Below are positions 28,835 through 38,020 of a DNA stretch of 64,000 nucleotides, one piece after another. How positions within the stretch are numbered: the first letter of the stretch is position 1; every line of letters starts with the position of its first letter. A model generated the notes under the pieces. It was given only the letters and a program-made list of their open reading frames with translations. It did no database searches and was not told the DNA's origin. The position numbers and the translations under genes are program-made. Origin of the DNA: Fidelibacterota bacterium (GTDB lineage: Bacteria > Fidelibacterota > Fidelibacteria > Fidelibacterales > DSDE01); the NCBI GenBank assembly GCA_046735395.1, contig JBJKQR010000020.1, positions 23,926 through 87,925 of the forward strand. Direction: 5' to 3'.

Positions 28835-28990
28835 TCAGTCCGGCTCGGTGATACGGTAGCACAGGACCACCCCGGCCAGAGACAGGTAAGGCAGGGTCCA
28901 CAGAAGCGGCAGCGCCACATCTTTGACACAATCGCTGAAGATGCCGCCGCCGCAGGTGTTTTTCATTGTTTGTTTTGACAGGGTTTTCAT
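28835..28990 (-). CDS. Double-glycine precursor peptide P2B (51 aa; not in ORF track)
   Basis: Hand translation MKTLSKQTMKNTCGG|GIFSDCVKDVALPLLWTLPYLSLAGVVLCYRITEPD; GAGG RBS. Confidence 0.8.
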   Translation of the reverse strand: MKTLSKQTMKNTCGGGIFSDCVKDVALPLLWTLPYLSLAGVVLCYRITEPD

Positions 28991-28999
28991 GGTATGCCT

Positions 29000-29176
29000 C
29001 TATTCCCATTCGCGAAGAAAGCGGCCCAAACTGTAGCCGGTGCAGAAGAGTCCGATCGCGGTGAGGGCAGGATTCACCAAAACAACTCCTGCAAGACCGG
29101 CCAGGAGGCAGATCGTCCCCACATCCAGTTCGCCGCCCTGAATGGCGGCCATTTCATTTTTGTCGAGATTTTTCAT
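29000..29176 (-). CDS. Double-glycine precursor peptide P1B (58 aa; not in ORF track)
   Basis: Hand translation MKNLDKNEMAAIQGG|ELDVGTICLLAGLAGVVLVNPALTAIGLFCTGYSLGRFLREWE; ATGA overlap with the upstream gene. Confidence 0.9.
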   Translation of the reverse strand: MKNLDKNEMAAIQGGELDVGTICLLAGLAGVVLVNPALTAIGLFCTGYSLGRFLREWE

Positions 29177-29673
29177 GATTGTTCCTTTCCTTTTGATGTT
29201 TCCCGTCCGTTTCCGAGCCTCCTGACCAGACCGATCCTCACCTCCTTTCCCAGATGTCTGACCAGTCGGCCATCAGAAGCGAACAGCCAGGCGTCAAGCG
29301 GAGCCCCTGCACCAAAAAGTCGGGTTTTTTCAGTTGTTTCAATTTGTCCGAAGCGGACAGAAGGATTATGCCTTAGCCGTGTCCAGGCATAGTAATGATT
29401 ATTTTTGAAAAATCCGGGTGTCGTACACAGCAGGTACACATTCAGTGAAGCCAGATCATCGCTGTGGTTTTCCAGATAATAGATATTCCGGATACAGTTG
29501 CAATGCGTATCAAAGAACACGATCAGTACGGGATCTGTATTCCCATTCCTGACCGGAATTTCCAGATTGCCGGCTGTCCGATAACTGAATTCCGGGATTT
29601 TTTCACCCTGCTGAATCCTGTCTGTATGGCTGCAGGCGCTGATCAGGATACATAAACAGAATAGGACAGACAT
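29173..29673 (-). CDS. Thioredoxin-like (TlpA/redoxin) lipoprotein with CxC motif
   Basis: Lipobox ISAC; GEKIPEFSY, PVLIVFFDTHCNC, FGAGAP..WLFASDGRLV. Start uncertain. Confidence 0.65.
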   Translation of the reverse strand: MSVLFCLCILISACSHTDRIQQGEKIPEFSYRTAGNLEIPVRNGNTDPVLIVFFDTHCNCIRNIYYLENHSDDLASLNVYLLCTTPGFFKNNHYYAWTRLRHNPSVRFGQIETTEKTRLFGAGAPLDAWLFASDGRLVRHLGKEVRIGLVRRLGNGRETSKGKEQS

Positions 29674-29684
29674 GCCGAATTTTC

Positions 29685-30341
29685 CTAATTTAAAAGCGGA
29701 GTTTTGGGCAATAACAGATTGAACCCCCATTGGAAAATGAGAGAAATGGCCCACAATCCCAACAGGATCAGGGCAGCATCGGACAGGGAACTTTTGCCGG
29801 ATTTATTCAGTCTGTAGGCGACGAAAGCGATCCAGAGCAGGGTAAACAGGCTGATCCTGCCCATGAGAGCCCAGGATTGGAGGGTATAGGAGAGCGGATC
29901 CAGAAATGCCTGGATGGAAAGGAAAGACTGCTGGACGAGCTTGTTTGTATAATTTTGAACAGGGATGGTCAGCAGCCTGATAAAGGCAAAGAATTTCTGA
30001 GACAGGGGAATGAATTCGGCAAGCAGGCAGATATTCAGCAGGTCACGGTAGGGGATTTCCTTCTGCCTGAGCAAGAATACAAGCTGAATGATAAGGGCTA
30101 CGAAAAGAATTTTGATTCCGGTGGTAATGGGATTGAAGAAGTAGGTGAGCATGGACATTTTTTCTATCATGAACATGACGGAATCGGATTGGCCCTGAGG
30201 CAGCCCCGCATCCTGCATGATGGGTGACCGGGACACGCGCTGAAAGAGAAATTCCATATAAAACCAGTTCGTGAAAGTGATTCCCAGTAAAAGCGCAAAT
30301 GCATTCATCGCTACTGTTTTTTTCCTTTTCGGCTCATTCAT
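29685..30341 (-). CDS. Yip1-like membrane protein
   Basis: About 5 TM helices with a topology similar to 4249-4938 (e.g. ISLFTLLWI versus VDIFRLWKI). Confidence 0.55.
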   Translation of the reverse strand: MNEPKRKKTVAMNAFALLLGITFTNWFYMEFLFQRVSRSPIMQDAGLPQGQSDSVMFMIEKMSMLTYFFNPITTGIKILFVALIIQLVFLLRQKEIPYRDLLNICLLAEFIPLSQKFFAFIRLLTIPVQNYTNKLVQQSFLSIQAFLDPLSYTLQSWALMGRISLFTLLWIAFVAYRLNKSGKSSLSDAALILLGLWAISLIFQWGFNLLLPKTPLLN

Positions 30342-32400
30342 GTCTGTCTCCTATTGTAATACACGGTGTGTTGTTTCGAAAAAGTGCCGGATCATGGCTG
30401 ATAATCAGGACCAGGTGTGTTGCCGCATAGTTTTCCAGCAGGGCCTGAATCAGTGGACGTGATTCGGTATCCAGCGAGCTGATTCCCTCATCCACTATCA
30501 GCAGCCGGGGTTGGGAAAGAAGAGCCCGGATCAGGCCGATGATAAATTTTTCTCCGCCGGACAGCCGCTGGCCTTCTTCGCTGAGCAGCGTCATCAATCC
30601 AAGTTTGAATCGGCCGATGAACCAGGAAAAATCATAGCTTTTAAAAAAGCGTTCCAATTCATTCAGGGGCCTGTTCCCCAGGCCGATCTGGATGTTTTCC
30701 AGCAGGGTTCCGTTAAAAATATAAATATCCTGAGGAATGAGACGAACAGCAGCGCGAAGCAGCTCAATTGAAAGATTTTTTAGTGAGCAGCCATTCAGAA
30801 GAATCTGACCCTGATAGTCGGTGTAAATGCCGCACAGAAGCCGGGAAAGAGTACTTTTTCCACTTCCATTTCGTCCCTGGAGAAAATGAAGTCCGTTATT
30901 TTCCAGGGAGAAGGTGACATGATGAAAGAGCCGGGGAGACTTGGGGTAGCTGAAATTCAAACCGGATACGCGAAGGGACGTGGCCTGATCGTGAAAGGTT
31001 TGAAGCCCGTCCTGTTTTTCCGATGGGTGGAGGAGGATGTCCCGCAGTCTGACATAGGCGATGCGAGCCTGCTGCAGATCGCCGATTCCGCTCATGATGA
31101 GCTGAAGCGCAGGAATCATTCCGGCCAGCAGGCTGTAACTGCCCATGAACTGGCCAAGCGGGAGTTTTCCCTGAATCACTTCACGGACGCCGAGAAACAG
31201 AAAAAGGATGCTTAAGAGGGCGGACAGGCCCTCGATGCTCATGCCGTAGTCTGCCGCAAAGATGGAAAGGTTTTTTCGAAGGTCTTGAAATTGACGGAAA
31301 TACTCGTGGTTTTTCATGTTGAAGTGGTGATCGGCGCCATTTCGCCGGATGGATTCCTGGCCGTGAATGATATCGATATACGAGGACTCCAGATCCGCAT
31401 AACTTTTCATCAGCCGGTTATTGCGGGTTTTAAGCCCCGGTATGAAATAGATGCCTGTGAAAACGTACAGCAGCAGAAGCCCGCAGACCGGTACGACGAT
31501 GCCCGGGCTCATGATGATCATATATCCGAGACTGCTGAGAAGAAGTATGCCCTGTATCAGAAAATCATTGCAGACCTGTACCACGGCTCTCTGGATGCGC
31601 AGGGCATCCTGCATGCGGGCGGTGAGATCCCCGGTTTTCCGGGATTCAAAAAAATGCTGAGGCAGCGCCAGGAGTTGGGAAATAAAGTCTGTATGCAATT
31701 CCAGATTGAATCGTTCACTGAAGGATGCGAGCATGCGAATTCTGGCATTTCCGGCAAGGGCCCGGAGCAGCATCACGATGGCAAAGAACGCCAGAAGTGG
31801 TAAAAATTCATGAAAGTTTGCGGTCGGGATGTACACATCGATGGCCTGCTGAATGAGCAGGGCGGTCACAAGGCCGGAGATGCTGAGAAACAGGGCCAGA
31901 ACTACACTCTGTACCAGCCAGGAACTCGTATTTGCCAGGCGCGGACGGATCCACTGAAACCAGCCGGGAGGGGCCTTTCGTTCGAGGGGGCCGGCCGGTT
32001 CAAGCAGCAGAACAATTCCTTCCTTCCAGATGCTGAGGAAATTCTGATGAGACAGGGAATGAACAGATTTCCCGGGGTCGGCGACCTTTACTTTGTTCTG
32101 GCCGATATTCAGAATGATGAGATAATGGTGCAGGCCGGAATTCAGAATGACGTGAGCGATACAGGGCAGATTTTCTTCAGCCAGTTCCTGAAGTGAGCCC
32201 CGGGCCGCGCGGGTGGTGAATCCATAATGTTCCGCGGCTTCCAGCAGATCGGACAGGCGGGTTCCGCTGCGGTCCGTCCGGCAGCGGGCTCTCATTTCCA
32301 CGAGAGAACCGTCTCCACCATGGTAGCGAAGCAGGGACAGCAGGCAGCAGGGCCCGCAGTCTGTTTCATTGACCTGTTTTTCAAGAGGAAACCGGAACAT
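30334..32400 (-). CDS. Peptidase C39-containing ABC transporter (PCAT, bacteriocin exporter type)
   Basis: QVNETDCG (catalytic Cys), HHYLI, VADP; FFESRKTGD; GRNGSGKST, LSGGEK, LIVDE, ISH; AGGAGG RBS. Confidence 0.95.
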   Translation of the reverse strand: MFRFPLEKQVNETDCGPCCLLSLLRYHGGDGSLVEMRARCRTDRSGTRLSDLLEAAEHYGFTTRAARGSLQELAEENLPCIAHVILNSGLHHYLIILNIGQNKVKVADPGKSVHSLSHQNFLSIWKEGIVLLLEPAGPLERKAPPGWFQWIRPRLANTSSWLVQSVVLALFLSISGLVTALLIQQAIDVYIPTANFHEFLPLLAFFAIVMLLRALAGNARIRMLASFSERFNLELHTDFISQLLALPQHFFESRKTGDLTARMQDALRIQRAVVQVCNDFLIQGILLLSSLGYMIIMSPGIVVPVCGLLLLYVFTGIYFIPGLKTRNNRLMKSYADLESSYIDIIHGQESIRRNGADHHFNMKNHEYFRQFQDLRKNLSIFAADYGMSIEGLSALLSILFLFLGVREVIQGKLPLGQFMGSYSLLAGMIPALQLIMSGIGDLQQARIAYVRLRDILLHPSEKQDGLQTFHDQATSLRVSGLNFSYPKSPRLFHHVTFSLENNGLHFLQGRNGSGKSTLSRLLCGIYTDYQGQILLNGCSLKNLSIELLRAAVRLIPQDIYIFNGTLLENIQIGLGNRPLNELERFFKSYDFSWFIGRFKLGLMTLLSEEGQRLSGGEKFIIGLIRALLSQPRLLIVDEGISSLDTESRPLIQALLENYAATHLVLIISHDPALFRNNTPCITIGDRHE

Positions 32401-32449
32401 GGCCGATATGCCTCCTCGTTGATTCAGATTGGTTTCAGGGTGCAGAATC

Positions 32450-32478
32450 AGTATAGGGTTTTTGCCGGCTCAATGCAA
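32450..32478 (-). promoter_or_regulatory. Near-consensus sigma70 promoter of the peptide operon
   Basis: TTGCAT-N17-TATACT. Confidence 0.65.
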
Positions 32479-32612
32479 ATTTTTTTCTATTGGTGGGGCG
32501 TTTTCTGCCGCCAGCTGACAGGGCGGATGATGGATCCATCGGCCGTTTCATCATTTTGAATCAGCGGGAAAATTCCATAAATTTCCTAAAAAAACGGGAG
32601 CGGACACGATAA

Positions 32613-34037
32613 ATGGAATGGGAAATTGTCATAGGCCTTGAAGTCCATGTTCAGCTGAATCTGAAAACCAAGGCATTCTGCCGTTGTGAAAACCGCTATG
32701 GCGCGGAACCGAATACGCTGGTCTGTCCCGTGTGTCTGGGCTATCCCGGCGCGCTCCCGGTTCTCAATGAAGGATTGGTCCGTTATGCGATCCGGGCGGG
32801 CCTGGCGACACACAGCGGTATCCGGCTGCGAAGCACCTTCAGCCGGAAAAATTATTTTTACCCGGATCTGCCCAAGGGTTACCAGATTTCGCAGTACGAT
32901 GATCCGATCTGTTATGACGGACATATTGATATTGAAACGGATGAGGGACCCCGGCAAATCGGGCTCATCCGGATTCACATGGAAGAGGATTCGGGAAAGA
33001 GCATGCACGATGCGTCCCGCTCTCTCATTGATCTGAACCGCAGCGGCGTGGCCCTGCTGGAAATTGTCAGCAAACCGGATATCAAGAATCCGGCAGAAGC
33101 CTATGCCTACCTGACGACGCTGAAGCAGAGACTGAAATATATCGGTATATCAGACTGTAATATGGAGGAGGGTTCGCTGCGCTGCGATGCCAATGTGAGT
33201 GTTATGCCGAAGGGCAGCAGCACATTCGGAACCCGCACCGAACTGAAGAATCTGAATTCCTTCCGGAATGTGGAAAAGGCGCTGCAGTATGAAGCTGCAC
33301 GGCAGATTGAGGTCCTGGAATCGGGTGGCCGTGTGGATCAGTGTACGCTGCTGTGGGACGAAGGGAAACAATGTACGCGGACGATGCGGAGCAAGGAAGA
33401 CAGCCATGATTACCGCTATTTCCCGGAACCGGATCTGCTGCCGGTTCTGGTCAGTGAAGCGGATATTTCCGGAATCCGGGACCAACTTCCGGAAATGCCG
33501 GATGCCCGCGCCCGCCGTTTTGAGGACGTTCTGGGGCTGACGAAGGAGGATGCGGCGGTTCTGACCCAGGAAAAGGATACGGCGGATTATTTCGAGGCGG
33601 TGGCTGAACGCTGCGGGGATGCGCGCCTGGCCTCCAAGTGGATTCAGGGTGAAATGCTTCGCCTGGTCAGGGATCTGCGGCGGTCCATTGATGAAATTCC
33701 CGTATCTGCGGATGCGCTGGCGGAATTACTGGCCATTCTGCAGTCGGGTGATGTGACAGTGCAGACGGCCAAGGCGGTATTGGATGACATGGCGTCCAGC
33801 GGTGAATCGGCGGCCCACATCATTGAATCAAAAGGATTGAAGCAGATCGGCGGCGGCGGTGAGCTGGAAAAATTAATAGATGAAATTCTGGAAAACTGTC
33901 CATCGGAAGTGGAGAAATACCGCGCCGGAAAAGTTCAGCTGCTCGGATTCTTCATGGGACAGCTGATGAAGGCGACGCAGGGCCGGGCGGATCAGAAGGC
34001 GGCCCGGGAACTCTTTCAGAAAAAACTGGAGGCATAG
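32613..34037 (+). CDS. gatB: Asp-tRNA(Asn)/Glu-tRNA(Gln) amidotransferase subunit B
   Basis: VIGLEVHVQL, RKNYFYPDLPKGYQISQ, MEEGSLRCDANVS, YRYFPEPDL. Confidence 0.98.
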   Translation: MEWEIVIGLEVHVQLNLKTKAFCRCENRYGAEPNTLVCPVCLGYPGALPVLNEGLVRYAIRAGLATHSGIRLRSTFSRKNYFYPDLPKGYQISQYDDPICYDGHIDIETDEGPRQIGLIRIHMEEDSGKSMHDASRSLIDLNRSGVALLEIVSKPDIKNPAEAYAYLTTLKQRLKYIGISDCNMEEGSLRCDANVSVMPKGSSTFGTRTELKNLNSFRNVEKALQYEAARQIEVLESGGRVDQCTLLWDEGKQCTRTMRSKEDSHDYRYFPEPDLLPVLVSEADISGIRDQLPEMPDARARRFEDVLGLTKEDAAVLTQEKDTADYFEAVAERCGDARLASKWIQGEMLRLVRDLRRSIDEIPVSADALAELLAILQSGDVTVQTAKAVLDDMASSGESAAHIIESKGLKQIGGGGELEKLIDEILENCPSEVEKYRAGKVQLLGFFMGQLMKATQGRADQKAARELFQKKLEA

Positions 34038-34039
34038 GC

Positions 34040-34819
34040 ATGCTCCTCGCGATAGATATCGGTAACAGCAATGTGGTTCTGGGAATTATCCGGGACGGAG
34101 CCATTCTCACTCAGTGGCGTCTCACCACGTCCCATATGCGGACCCGCGATGAATTCTGGGTGACGGTGAAGCTCCTCGCCATGGATGCGGATCTGGATAT
34201 CCGGGGCATTGAGGATGTCATCATTTCCTCAGTCGTGCCCCCGCTGGCCGATCAGCTGGTGCTCATGTGCCGGAAACATCTGGAGCTGGATCCGCTGATC
34301 GTGCGCAGTGATCTGGATCTGGGAGTCCGCTATCGTGTCGATAATCCTTCCGAACTGGGTGCGGACCGGATCTGCAATATTGTCGGCGCTCTGGATGCCT
34401 ATCCCCTTCCGCAGATCATTATCGACATGGGTACAGCGACCACCTTTGATGTGGTGGACAGGGAGCGCAATTACTTGGGCGGAAGCATCATGCCCGGCAT
34501 TGAGATGGCCTCTTCGAGCCTCTTCGAGAAGACCGCCAAACTGCCCAAGGTCAATCTTCTTCCCGGAAAATCGGTAATCGGAAAGAATACGGAGGAACAT
34601 CTGAGGGCCGGAATATTCTGGGGCGCCGTGGATCAGATCGACGGAATGGTGCGGCGCATCCGGAAGGAAACGGGCTGGGATGACGTATCGGTGATTGCCA
34701 CCGGCGGACTGGCAAAACTCGTGGCCAAATACAGCGATGAAATCCGGGAGGTTGATCCGGATCTGACCCTCATCGGCATGGAAAAAATTTATCGGAAAGC
34801 AGGGCGGAAGAGAGCCTGA
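34040..34819 (+). CDS. coaX: Type III pantothenate kinase
   Basis: IDIGNSN, LGADR, IDMGTATT, IATGG. Confidence 0.95.
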   Translation: MLLAIDIGNSNVVLGIIRDGAILTQWRLTTSHMRTRDEFWVTVKLLAMDADLDIRGIEDVIISSVVPPLADQLVLMCRKHLELDPLIVRSDLDLGVRYRVDNPSELGADRICNIVGALDAYPLPQIIIDMGTATTFDVVDRERNYLGGSIMPGIEMASSSLFEKTAKLPKVNLLPGKSVIGKNTEEHLRAGIFWGAVDQIDGMVRRIRKETGWDDVSVIATGGLAKLVAKYSDEIREVDPDLTLIGMEKIYRKAGRKRA

Positions 34820-34876
34820 TCTCTGCAGGAATTGAATAAAAAATGAACGACTCTACAAAATATTTGATGAAGGACG

Positions 34877-36988
34877 ATGATGAAAGGAAAACAGCTTAGT
34901 ATCATGCTTGCATTTATCATGATGGCCGGCGCCTGTCAGAAAGGCGATACCCATAAATCAAACCCGCTCCTGGGTGAATACAGGGCCTACGACCAGGCAC
35001 CGCCCTTTGATGAAATTCAGGCAGAGGATTATCTGCCGGCCTTTCGGGAGGCAATGACGCGGCAGAACCGGGAAATTGAGGATATTGTTCAGAATCCCGA
35101 AACACCCACTTTTGACAATACGATCCGGGCCATGGAGCTCAGTGGCAGCGACCTCACGCGCATTCAGAATATCTTTTTTCTGGTCTATGGCGCCGATGCC
35201 AACGACACGCTGCAGGACATCGCGAAGGAAATCATTCCCGAACTGACGGAGCATAACAGCAATATCATGCTCAACGATACGCTGTTTCAGAGAATTAAAT
35301 ATGTGGCTGAAAAATTCAATCCGGATGAACACAGCAGCGAAGAAGTGACGCTGGTGCAGAAATATGAAGAGGATTTTATCCGTTCCGGTGCCGATCTGTC
35401 CGCCGATAAAAAGGAAAAAATCCGTGAGATCGACAAACAGCTGGCAAAGATGAATCTGGAATTTGACGAACATATTCTGAATGAAAACAAGACACAGCGG
35501 ATTGTGCTCGAAAAAGAAGATCTGGACGGACTGCCGGATGCGGTGATTCAGGCGGCGGCAGAAAAGGCGGAGCAGCTGGATCTTCCCGGAAAATATGTCT
35601 TTACCATCCAGCGCCAGAGCATGTATCCCTTCCTGACCTACTCCACACGCCGGGATCTTCGTGAAGAGCTGTACCGCAAATATTTCATGAAGGGCGATAA
35701 CAACGATGAGAATGACAATAAAGACATTGTGCTGAAGACCGCCCGGCTGCGCATGGAAAAGGCGAAGCTCTTCGGATATGATAATTATGCCCGGTATCAG
35801 CTGGCCAACAAGATGGCGGAAGCGCCGGAAAATGTGTATACGCTGCTGAATGAGGTCTGGACACCGGCTCTGAAGATGGCAAAAAATGAAGTGAAGGAAC
35901 AGCAGCAGCTCATCGACGAGGAAGGCGGAAAGTTTAAACTGCAACCCTGGGACTGGTGGTATTACACCGAGAAGCTCAGAGAACGGAAATTCGATTTCAG
36001 TGATGAGGATATCAAACCCTATTTCGAATTGAACCGGGTGCGGGACGGAGCCTTTGAAATTGTTCATCGCCTCTACGGACTCACCTTTGAGGAAGTGCAC
36101 AATGTGCCGGTTTACAATAAGGACGTGCGCGTCTTCGAGGTGCGCGACAAGGACGGATCCCACCTCGGCCTTTTTTATACGGATTATTTTCCCCGGGACG
36201 GAAAAGGCATGGGCGCGTGGATGACGGCAGCCCGGGATCAGTCCGACATTGATACCTTCGTGACGCCCATCGTCGCCAATGTGGCCAATTTTCCCCGCCC
36301 CACCAGGGACATGCCCTCGCTGCTGAGCCTGGATCAGGTTCATACGCTCTTTCATGAGCTGGGGCACGCCCTGCATGGCCTCATGTCCCACAGCCATTAT
36401 CCACGTCTTGCCGGTACCTCCGTGGATCGGGATTTTGTGGAGCTGCCTTCACAGATCATGGAAAACTGGGTGCTGGAGCCGGAGGCTCTCAAGCTGTATG
36501 CAAAACATTACAAAACCGGCGCGGATCTGCCCAGGGACCTGCTGGATAAAATCATTGCCGCCGGTAAATTCAACCAGGGCTTCAAGACGGTGGAATATCT
36601 GGCCGCCTCCTATCTCGATATGGACTGGCACACGTTGGATACCTTCACGGTACGTGATGTGAATGCCTTTGAAAAGGAATCCATGGATCGCATCGGCCTG
36701 ATTCCGGAAATACTTCCCCGTTACCGCAGCACCTATTTCGGCCATACTTTTGCCGGCGGATACTCTGCAGGATATTACAGCTACATCTGGGCCGAAGTTC
36801 TGGACGCGGACGCATTCCAGGCCTTCAAGGAAACGGATCTCTTCAATCAGGATGTGGCTCAGCGCTTCCGGGACACCATTCTGGCCCGCGGCGGCACGGA
36901 AAATCCCATGCTGCTCTATAAAAAATTCCGCGGACGGGCGCCGCATATCGATGCCCTGCTCGAACGGCGTGGCCTGAACGGCAAATGA
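34877..36988 (+). CDS. dcp: M3 family metallopeptidase (peptidyl-dipeptidase Dcp-like), lipoprotein
   Basis: Lipobox AGAC; LFHELGHALH, DFVELPSQ, GYYSYIWAEVLDAD. Confidence 0.85.
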   Translation: MMKGKQLSIMLAFIMMAGACQKGDTHKSNPLLGEYRAYDQAPPFDEIQAEDYLPAFREAMTRQNREIEDIVQNPETPTFDNTIRAMELSGSDLTRIQNIFFLVYGADANDTLQDIAKEIIPELTEHNSNIMLNDTLFQRIKYVAEKFNPDEHSSEEVTLVQKYEEDFIRSGADLSADKKEKIREIDKQLAKMNLEFDEHILNENKTQRIVLEKEDLDGLPDAVIQAAAEKAEQLDLPGKYVFTIQRQSMYPFLTYSTRRDLREELYRKYFMKGDNNDENDNKDIVLKTARLRMEKAKLFGYDNYARYQLANKMAEAPENVYTLLNEVWTPALKMAKNEVKEQQQLIDEEGGKFKLQPWDWWYYTEKLRERKFDFSDEDIKPYFELNRVRDGAFEIVHRLYGLTFEEVHNVPVYNKDVRVFEVRDKDGSHLGLFYTDYFPRDGKGMGAWMTAARDQSDIDTFVTPIVANVANFPRPTRDMPSLLSLDQVHTLFHELGHALHGLMSHSHYPRLAGTSVDRDFVELPSQIMENWVLEPEALKLYAKHYKTGADLPRDLLDKIIAAGKFNQGFKTVEYLAASYLDMDWHTLDTFTVRDVNAFEKESMDRIGLIPEILPRYRSTYFGHTFAGGYSAGYYSYIWAEVLDADAFQAFKETDLFNQDVAQRFRDTILARGGTENPMLLYKKFRGRAPHIDALLERRGLNGK

Positions 36989-37052
36989 CCGGCCTTGAAT
37001 TTCCGAATGTGAATGACTATTTTGTTATAACCTTTCTGTCAGGAGTCCACAT

Positions 37053-37952
37053 ATGAGTACCAGATTTTCAGTCGGTATCGATCTGGGCGGAACCAAGTTT
37101 CACGCCGGCCTTGTCGATGATCAATATACCATTTATGGACAAACACTGCGCCGGTCCTCCGGCGATGCTCCGGACGCGCAGACGCTCCTGACGCGGATGG
37201 TGGACACCGTCCGGGAGCTGGCGGAATTGAACGGCCTGTCCATGTCCGATATCCGTGCTGTCGGCGTGGGAAGCCCGGGTCCGCTGGATCCCTGGTCCGG
37301 GAAAATCCTGAATACGCTGAATCTGAAGGTGTTTCAGAATTTTGCCCTGAAGGATGAGATGGAGAAGCAGCTGAAGTGCCCGGTGTTCGTCGATAATGAT
37401 GCCAACTGCTTCGGCCTGGGCGAACAGAAGGGCGGCGCTGCCCGGGGACTGAAACATGTTCTGGTGGTGACGCTCGGCACCGGCTACGGGTTTGCCGTTA
37501 TTCTCAATGGAAATGTACTGCATGGCGCGACGGGACACGCGACGGAGATCGCCCTGACACCCTTCCGGGGAAAAGGCTACGAGGATTATATTTCAGGACG
37601 CGGCCTGGCCATGATACACCAGGAGCTTCATGGTGAGGATCTGGAAGGCCCGGCAATTTCCCAACGCGCTTTTGACGGGGATGACAGGGCCCGGAAGACG
37701 TTTGAGGTCTTCGGGGAATATCTGGCCGGGACGCTGGTGCCCTATTTCACGGCGCTGGATCCGGATATGCTGGTGGTGGGCGGCAGTATCGCCGCGAACT
37801 GGGACTTCTTTTCCGCCTCGCTGGACCGGGAGATCCGCCGGAACCTCTTTGAAATCCCCCGGGCTCATGTCCGGATTGAAAAATCCAAACTGGGTGAGCT
37901 GGCAACCATCATCGGTGCGGCAAGCCTGGTTGATACGGATTTCGTCCTCTGA
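37053..37952 (+). CDS. ROK family sugar kinase
   Basis: GIDLGGT, GSPGP, DNDAN, TLGTGYG; lacks the CxCGxxGC motif. Confidence 0.88.
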   Translation: MSTRFSVGIDLGGTKFHAGLVDDQYTIYGQTLRRSSGDAPDAQTLLTRMVDTVRELAELNGLSMSDIRAVGVGSPGPLDPWSGKILNTLNLKVFQNFALKDEMEKQLKCPVFVDNDANCFGLGEQKGGAARGLKHVLVVTLGTGYGFAVILNGNVLHGATGHATEIALTPFRGKGYEDYISGRGLAMIHQELHGEDLEGPAISQRAFDGDDRARKTFEVFGEYLAGTLVPYFTALDPDMLVVGGSIAANWDFFSASLDREIRRNLFEIPRAHVRIEKSKLGELATIIGAASLVDTDFVL

Positions 37953-38020
37953 TCAATCTCTGAATCGAACGACTCTCATATACACGCCTGCGGCAATTTG
38001 CCGGGGCACTGAAAGACTGG

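Larger units (their letters stand above)
27038..29371. repeat. Tandem duplication unit B (~2.3 kb)
   Basis: Colinear with unit A. Confidence 0.9.

Noticed and set aside
28755..29009. 84-aa ORF in the track
   Set aside because: Wrong frame; the frame with an RBS, GG leader and paralogy to P2A is 28835-28990.
26293..29176. Lanthipeptide, sactipeptide or circular bacteriocin assignment
   Set aside because: No LanB/C/M, radical SAM or SpoIIM-type gene is recognisable; GG leaders plus a PCAT fit unmodified or disulfide-bonded peptides better.
20154..32500. Integrative island inserted at tmRNA
   Set aside because: The content looks accessory, but I found no integrase and did not see a duplicated tmRNA 3' end (attR) by eye.
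32613..34037. gatB without gatA/gatC as an anomaly
   Set aside because: Split gat genes are common; the partners may lie elsewhere in the genome.
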